Positions 57,211 to 64,000 of a stretch of DNA of 64,000 nt are shown piece after piece. Origin of the DNA: the human T2T-CHM13v2.0 reference genome, Homo sapiens. Under the pieces are notes generated by a model that worked only from the letters and a program-made list of their open reading frames with translations, did no database searches and was not told where the DNA came from. Location of the stretch: contig CP068257.2 in NCBI GenBank assembly GCA_009914755.4, positions 26,816,001 through 26,880,000 on the forward strand, read 5' to 3'. How positions within the stretch are numbered: the stretch's first letter is position 1; each line of letters opens with the position of its first letter. The position numbers were made by a program, and so were the translations under genes.

Positions 57211-59478
57211 CTGAAAAGAAGAATCATACAGCAATTGAATTACATGAAATATTTTTCACGTGTCAAGCTTTCCTTGATTTGGGTCGCCCAGGTCACTGAG
57301 GGGACCATTCTAATGAACTAGCGTAGCATAAATGGAAGGGAGCTCTCCCTGTGGCCATCTTGTTGTACCCTCCAGTTGGCCATCCCCACTTTTACTGTCT
57401 CTACCACCATATTACAACTCCATTCCATCATCTCTAGGGCAATGACAGAGCTGCTGAAATGGCCCTGCTTCCCCCAGATCAGGTTCATCTCAGGGAATTA
57501 ACAGGTGGAGGCTCTCAGCCTCCAGCATCATTAACCTGATCTTGACTCAGAGGTTAAGTGGACCTGGAAAGAAAGTAAATTGTCTTTCCTCTAAGGAAAT
57601 TTATGTTTAATTGTTCATCATTGTGTTTTGTCATTTACCATATTCTTCCCCCAAACATTCAGTAACAGCAAGAGATTTCTTTTTTGAAATCCAAGACAGA
57701 TAGAGGCTGAAACAATGAAGCTACTGAAAGTGCAGTATACCTTTTACAAATCTATAACACAGTCAAATATCTTGAAAGCCAGGATGACACATAAACCCCT
57801 CCTGGGACCCAAATCACTGCCAAGAGATAGAAGACAAATGGAAAAGAGATAATTTGAACAATAATATTTAAACACAAAATTGATAAATGTAAATGCAGAG
57901 TGATTATGTTAACTTTAATTGGAAAATCAAATTTTTCTTAGCAGAAAGGAGGCTGGAATACTTAAACTGGGATATAGAGAAGTTATATTTAAAATTATGC
58001 TTGCAGGTGTAGCTGCTGTAAATGTTTAATGACAACCCCCTACACCATTTTTACCATGGACAGAGGACTCTGAGCTCCCCAAATGAGCCAACCACATTTT
58101 CGTTTCCCTTCACTGGATAAGCAAACTGGATTCTGTGACAATTTTTTCCTTTTTTTTTAGTTTTGTCCTCACGATCAGTAATACCATGAAAACATTTAAG
58201 TTCACAAAGTGATTTCTTATACATTATCTTAATGATTATCTCCATTTTACAAAAAAGAATCAAAGGTGAAATAATTTGGTCAAAGTTAATAAATGACAGT
58301 CCTCATACTAACATGCAGATTTGTTGATTCCAGAATATAATGGGTACCTTACATTGCAGCCTGGTAGCTTAGTAGTTCAAATTGCCTTTTGGTTGACAAG
58401 AATTAGTTTTATGAATGTCTTATTTTATATAATAATTGAAGTGGAAGACCACATCTCAATGTTTGTTTATTGCTCTGTTTGGTATATAATAGAGCAATAT
58501 TGCAAGAGGCACAAATGGAAGTTAGATACTTAGGATGTCATTTTCCTTTGTGTAGACACCAGTTTCTCTTGTCATATTCCTGGTATGACCTCCTTTGCAT
58601 TTTGTGTATTTTTAATACTGTGAAATGCTCTCTGAAATAAGCCTCATCTTGTACAGAAAGTCTGTATGTTGGAATGGGAAATTGTTTGCCTTAGAATCCA
58701 AGTACTGACTGGGCAGCTTCCTTTATCTCTTCCTCTAAAAGTCAATGTATAATGGAATCATTACCACTCATGCTTAGATGTGAACAGCGTGTTCAATTTA
58801 ATATTCCATTCTAGTAAATACAGTGAATACCTGTTATTCCTCTTCCTGTCCACACCCTTCCCAAGGACCCATAAAAACGGGAGGGGACAGGTGGGGTTTT
58901 CCCTTTTCATAAATCAAGTTTCCTGGAGTTTTCTATTGTTTCAACTGGGATTGGTCTATTAATAAGCAATTAATATCCTGAAACTATCATCCCTTTATGG
59001 AAATTTCCATATTCTTTCTGATAAATAGAAATAGTTTTCCAAATGTATTAAAGGGAAGCAGGAACATCCCTACCCACTTGTCCTTGTACAGGAACATCTA
59101 GGTCATAATCTCTTTTAATTCTGATTTTTTAAAAAATCCATTCAATATAAATAGCAACTGCTTCATATTGGCTAAGACTAGGAAATTTCTCAGACAAAAT
59201 GCTATTAATTTTGCATCTTATTAACTGGATATTATTCTCATGCTTTAACTGCTGCCTGTTTGTGGAAACTTAAGTATATGTTAATTATGCTAAATATAAT
59301 AATTAGAAAAATGAACTAGCTAAATAAAATTCTCAGTAAGCTGGCTAGAAGGAATAGAGAAAAAGAGGAGCAGCCAGGAATGTGGAAGGTAGACAGTATT
59401 CTGTAAACATCTGTCTCAGTACAGAAGCGAAATCATTATAGCTATAGCTCTGGCTTCCCTTAAGCTCCAGAAGCTTGG

Positions 59479-59502
59479 CAAAAAAAAAAAAAAAAAAAAA
59501 AA
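59479..59502. repeat. 24-nt poly(A) homopolymer
   Basis: ttggcaaaaaaaaaaaaaaaaaaaaaaaatcctaaat. No recognisable SINE lies upstream, so its origin is unclear (see noticed_but_rejected). Confidence 0.7.
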
Positions 59503-61530
59503 TCCTAAATATACAGTTTTTCTCCTATGAACATATTTTTAAGGTACAAATTTTCATTTCTGTAAAAGCCCTTTGAGATTTTATAAAACTGTATCTTTTG
59601 CTATTTAGGTGATCTCATCTTGTTCCATGACTACCTCAGACTGGACTTCTCCCTTTGCTCCCCCAAAGTCAATTGGACACCTTTGCTCAGGTGTTTCTAA
59701 AGTAACAGAACCTCATCTGTCTAAATTGAAGAAATTCGTCCGTAAATTGAGCAAAATGGAACAGGCATCTGAAATTTCTAAATATGCAATATTTTATGCC
59801 TGTTCAATAAATATGTTTAACAAGTGAATGCAAAAACAGGATATGCTACTTAAAAATCTAAATGGGCCTAGGGAAATTCACACCTTAATTAATTTTATTC
59901 AAATGATTGCTTGCTTCTTTGTTTTTCCTAAAGTCATGAGTAGTTATTAGGCTGAAAAAATTAATATTAAATACCTTTATTACAATCAGAATGTGTTCCT
60001 ATTGCATCATTTTCTCCTAAAACTTTAATGTGTCTTCTTGTCTCCTTCTTCCCATCCTTATTTGCCTTTTATTTTTATTTTTTATTTTCTTTCTTATCCA
60101 GGAATTTTAAGGATCAATTAATTGAAAAGATATGACTAGCTATCTAAATAGATTTTTTATTATCAAAAACAAATATGAACTTTTAGTCATTTAAAAATCA
60201 AAATAATATATCAGAAAATAGGCATTTTTGCAAGTGGGCTTTTTTTGCCACCAGGTTTATGGTTTTACTGCTTCCAACCTACCAGTTTATAGAGATAATA
60301 TTCACTTAAAGCAATTTCATAATACTGTCAATGGTTTGCATTTTTTACACTCTACCTAACCATAACAGTATCTGTATAACATTGTAGTTTAGCATTGTTA
60401 CTGGTTAAATTCCAAGCTAAGAACTTGATTAGAATAAGACACCTCTGATCCTTGAATCAACCCTTTTCATACAGTCTATTTTTAGAACAAGTTATGTAGT
60501 GTGTGGTGTGTCCAATAGGGTGAACGTGATGAAATGTATAAAACCTTACAAGTAAGAATGAAGCCCATTAGTCAAATTGTGCTTTTAATCTGTAAAGGCA
60601 TTACATCATAAGTCATTTAGAGGAAAGGGTAGAGTTTCCTCTTGAATTCATTACAGCATGAAAAGTAACATTTAGAAGGTAGAGTTTACAAAATGAAATT
60701 GTACCTCTCAGGTAGAAGCAATTTTCCCATGAGAAAGTACACCTTCTACTTAAAAAGAGACCAACTGTATTATTTCTCTATTCCATCATGTATAAGTGAC
60801 TGGAAACTTCTGAGCTCACTAGTAAACTTTCTAGAACTCTCAATGCAAAGAAAATGAGGCAGTGCAAATCAGGGCTCTATAAAAATACAGCAAAGAGAGG
60901 CCATTTCATTTGAGGAAATGTTATATGTAGATATTTTTAACTTGAGTCTAGAAAATTTTCTAGAAGTATAAATATGTAGCTTAAATATGTTTCTTAAAGA
61001 TCACTGGATAACTAAAACTGATGGCTTGCCTCACATCCTTGTCTTAAGATTCACCTGCTTAATACCCAGGAACTCCTGAAATTTAAATACTTGATTAAAC
61101 ATTAAGACACCTGAAAATTAAAAGTTTAATGTAATCATCTGACCTCAAATTATGCCAAAAATAAAACTGCTCCTTTTCTAAAATGATTAATAAAAAAGAT
61201 GGCAATGAAAAATTGTAACACAAAAAGCAGATGGGTATCGATTCACTTCTCTTCCAAACAAAGTCTTTGCAACTCAGCTTTCTCATTGTAAATGTAGAGT
61301 TTTACAAATCCTTACCTACTTCTCAAATTTAACTGGAAAATAAATTGAAATGATGTATGTGAAAGTATTAAAACTATGAGCCATATCAGTGCAATATGAT
61401 GAAGAGTTGAGGTAATTTGAAAATATTTAGCCTGGAGAAAAGAAGACTCACATGAAATAGGATAGATGTCTTAAGATACTTCAAAGGCTGAACCATGGAA
61501 GGGATTAGAACTATTCAAAATGACCTGCAA

Positions 61531-61570
61531 AACACACATACACACACGCACACACACACACGCACACACC
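61531..61570. repeat. (CA)n-rich microsatellite, imperfect
   Basis: aacacacatacacacacgcacacacacacacgcacacacc. Confidence 0.8.
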
Positions 61571-63710
61571 AATAGATAGAAGTAACAGAAAAATAGATTT
61601 GGGCTCAATAAAAGAAAATACGTTTCTAACAGAGTTTTTAGAAGCTATGAGCTTTGCCACACTAGAAATGCTCCAACGGAAGTAGAAGACATTATTATAC
61701 TAATGCTGAGGGGATAGTTCATATCTCAAACTGGCAACTGAGCTATATGATCTGTAAAATCCCTTCCAGAGTCAAGAATCTAGTATTTGAAACATATAGA
61801 GTATAATTGTTATTGTTTTTATTGTATTGTTATTTTCAATATTCTCTTCATAAGTGTCTAATGTACCTTAAGCATCGGCTTCATAAAGCTATAAGATCCT
61901 CTCACAGAGGCAAGATTCTTATACCTTTGTCATCTCTACAATTTGGAGAAAGTAAAAGGCAGAAGTGTCAGGAGTGAGCCTACCAGGAAATACATCCAAC
62001 CAAGCAAATATGCAACAGGCTGGAAGAGAGACAGGTAGGAGAGGCACAAAGACAAGGTTAAGGAGTTATCTAATGGCATTACTTTCCCTGGGACTAGTTC
62101 TGTGTCTGCACACAATGGAGAAATAGATGTTTTGTATAATTTCAGTTTAGCCAAACTGATAGGATCCATGATGCTAAGATCTTTATATACAGCTATGAGT
62201 AAATAAAATGTGCATAAAGAATTGATTATCAAAGTAATTTATTATAATTATTAAGAATAGAAACATGTATCACTTAATTAATTAGATTACATATAGTCTA
62301 GTTAACTCAGACCTTATCCTTTTCTTTTCTTCAATATCAATGTTCTTGTTGTTGTTTTGCCATGATTACCCAGATAATTTCCTCAAAGCTCTGTATCTTT
62401 GCCTTTCTGGAAACACGCTGGGCATGCTCTGAACACAATGCTAAGTCTCAGAAAATGTTCTAAAAACTTTGCCAGCCCATTTGCCTAGGAAGTCTGGAAC
62501 TGCCTGTTAGGCCAAATCCTTCAGTATCAAATTTAAAGCATCCCCAATATTAAATCAAAGGGACATCAAATTTTATTTAATAAATATGATAAGGTGTTTT
62601 GTCGCTCAGAGTTGGAACTATAAAGATAAACATCATCAATGAGATACTGTGGTCCAACAGACCTATTTTCAATCTCTCTGACTCCCATTCCAAAATATGT
62701 AAGTACACTTATCTACTTGCCTCAGATGAATCCAGATGAATCCAAGTAATTCATCCAAGATGAATCCAAGTAATTCATCCAAGATGAATCTTTTTAAAGA
62801 AATTTCACAAATAAGGTAAATATTAGTTCTAAAACCCCATTAAATAGAATATTAAATTGACTGATACATTTGAGTGTGGAGCAAATGACAATTTTAAAAA
62901 GTTGATTAAATGTAAAGGAATACATACAATCAAATAAAGAAATTAATTTCAAGTATCATTTCTTAAATTAGCATATAATTATACATAGCTGAAAAGTCCA
63001 TTTAAAATAAATATGGCAACATAGTTAAGTTGTGGCTTGCCTAAAGCTGAGAATCATTAGTGTTCAGACATCTGACAAGAAATGGAAACTCTGGTGAAAT
63101 CCAAAGTTCTTGAAGTATTCAAAAAAAAGTCACTCTGTTATAAAAACAGCACTGTTTCATTCCTCAACCTCTTTTTTTTTCTTTTTAGCCACTAGAACCC
63201 ACTAAAATAATTGTTAAGGTTATAAATCATTTCAACAGAAAGCAAAAGCTCAGAAAAATCAAACATTTAGCTGGCTGGAAATCACACACTAAACGAGAAG
63301 TTAAAACTAAACTTTTGAATTTATAAGATGATAACAGTTATTTGTGTTTTATTCAAGTCTGAAAATATTTAATTTGTTGCAACTAAATAGAGTTCAGATG
63401 AAGACAGATAAGTAAAAATTCGCTTCTTTCCTGGTAGTGCAAAATGATAATGAAAACACAAAATGTTTGAAATCAGCTGAAACATAACACCAGGAAAGAA
63501 CACGCGTACACAATTCTTTACTTGCCTTGTTTCATCTTCTCTCTCTCTCCTTCATGAATCTCCATCCTTTTAAGATGGAGAAGACAAGAAAGAGTGAGTT
63601 GGAGGGGAGGGTAAGAGGAGGTAGTCAGAACTGCTACTAAAGAAAAGCTTGGGCAGGAGAGAAAACATTGAAGCAAGATTCTTCAATCTCAGCCTGCTCC
63701 TTTATGAAAC

Positions 63711-63736
63711 ATATATATATATATATATATATATAA
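63711..63736. repeat. (AT)13 dinucleotide microsatellite
   Basis: atatatatatatatatatatatatat. Confidence 0.88.
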
Positions 63737-64000
63737 TCTGAGTCAATAATGGTATGTATCCAATTTGGAAGCATAATTTCTATTATGCCTAAGAGCATGG
63801 CCAATTTCCTGGGTGTTACACTTGGGTAGTTGCACAGGGCAACTACAGAAAGGGCCAGGCTCTTGGTCTAATGCTTTGCTGTAGTCATCTTGACATTTTA
63901 AGAATCTCACCTTTGAGCCTGTGTTTCATACATTTAGTCCACAGGGACAATGAAACATGTACGTGAGCAGGGGACATACCCTGGAAAGCAGCCAGGGCAC

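Noticed and set aside
59479-59502. A24 homopolymer that could be the tail of a retroposed sequence such as a processed pseudogene or SVA
   Set aside because: The upstream sequence is not Alu, L1 or SVA-like, and I cannot identify a source transcript or a TSD. It is treated as a simple homopolymer.

Overview
This window is primate (almost certainly human) nuclear DNA, not a prokaryotic locus. It is AT-rich and CpG-poor, with many Alu SINEs in both orientations carrying A-rich tails and target-site duplications (TSDs). There is a ~3.3 kb 5'-truncated L1 covering the second half of ORF2 plus the 3' UTR, and two short L1 3'-end fragments. MaLR LTRs are present as THE1/MST-type and older MLT1-type copies, and there is one apparently full-length MaLR (LTR-internal-LTR, ~2.8 kb) that later acquired an Alu. 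Other old interspersed repeats (a MIR-like SINE and a MER-like element) and many micro- and minisatellites fill most of the rest. I could not recognise any protein-coding exon, RNA gene, CpG island or promoter. All ORFs in the six-frame track are short (176 aa or less), and many are translations of Alu, L1 or LTR sequence. I found no candidate novel biological system. The points worth a second look are structural: nested retroelement insertions with intact TSDs, several young-looking AluY copies, a full-length MaLR, a divergent pair of ~460 bp repeats 7.6 kb apart that could be an old provirus LTR pair, and several VNTR-like tandem arrays and local tandem duplications. Coordinates of repeat ends are approximate (about 5 bp either way), and family names were assigned from memory of consensus sequences, not from a database search.
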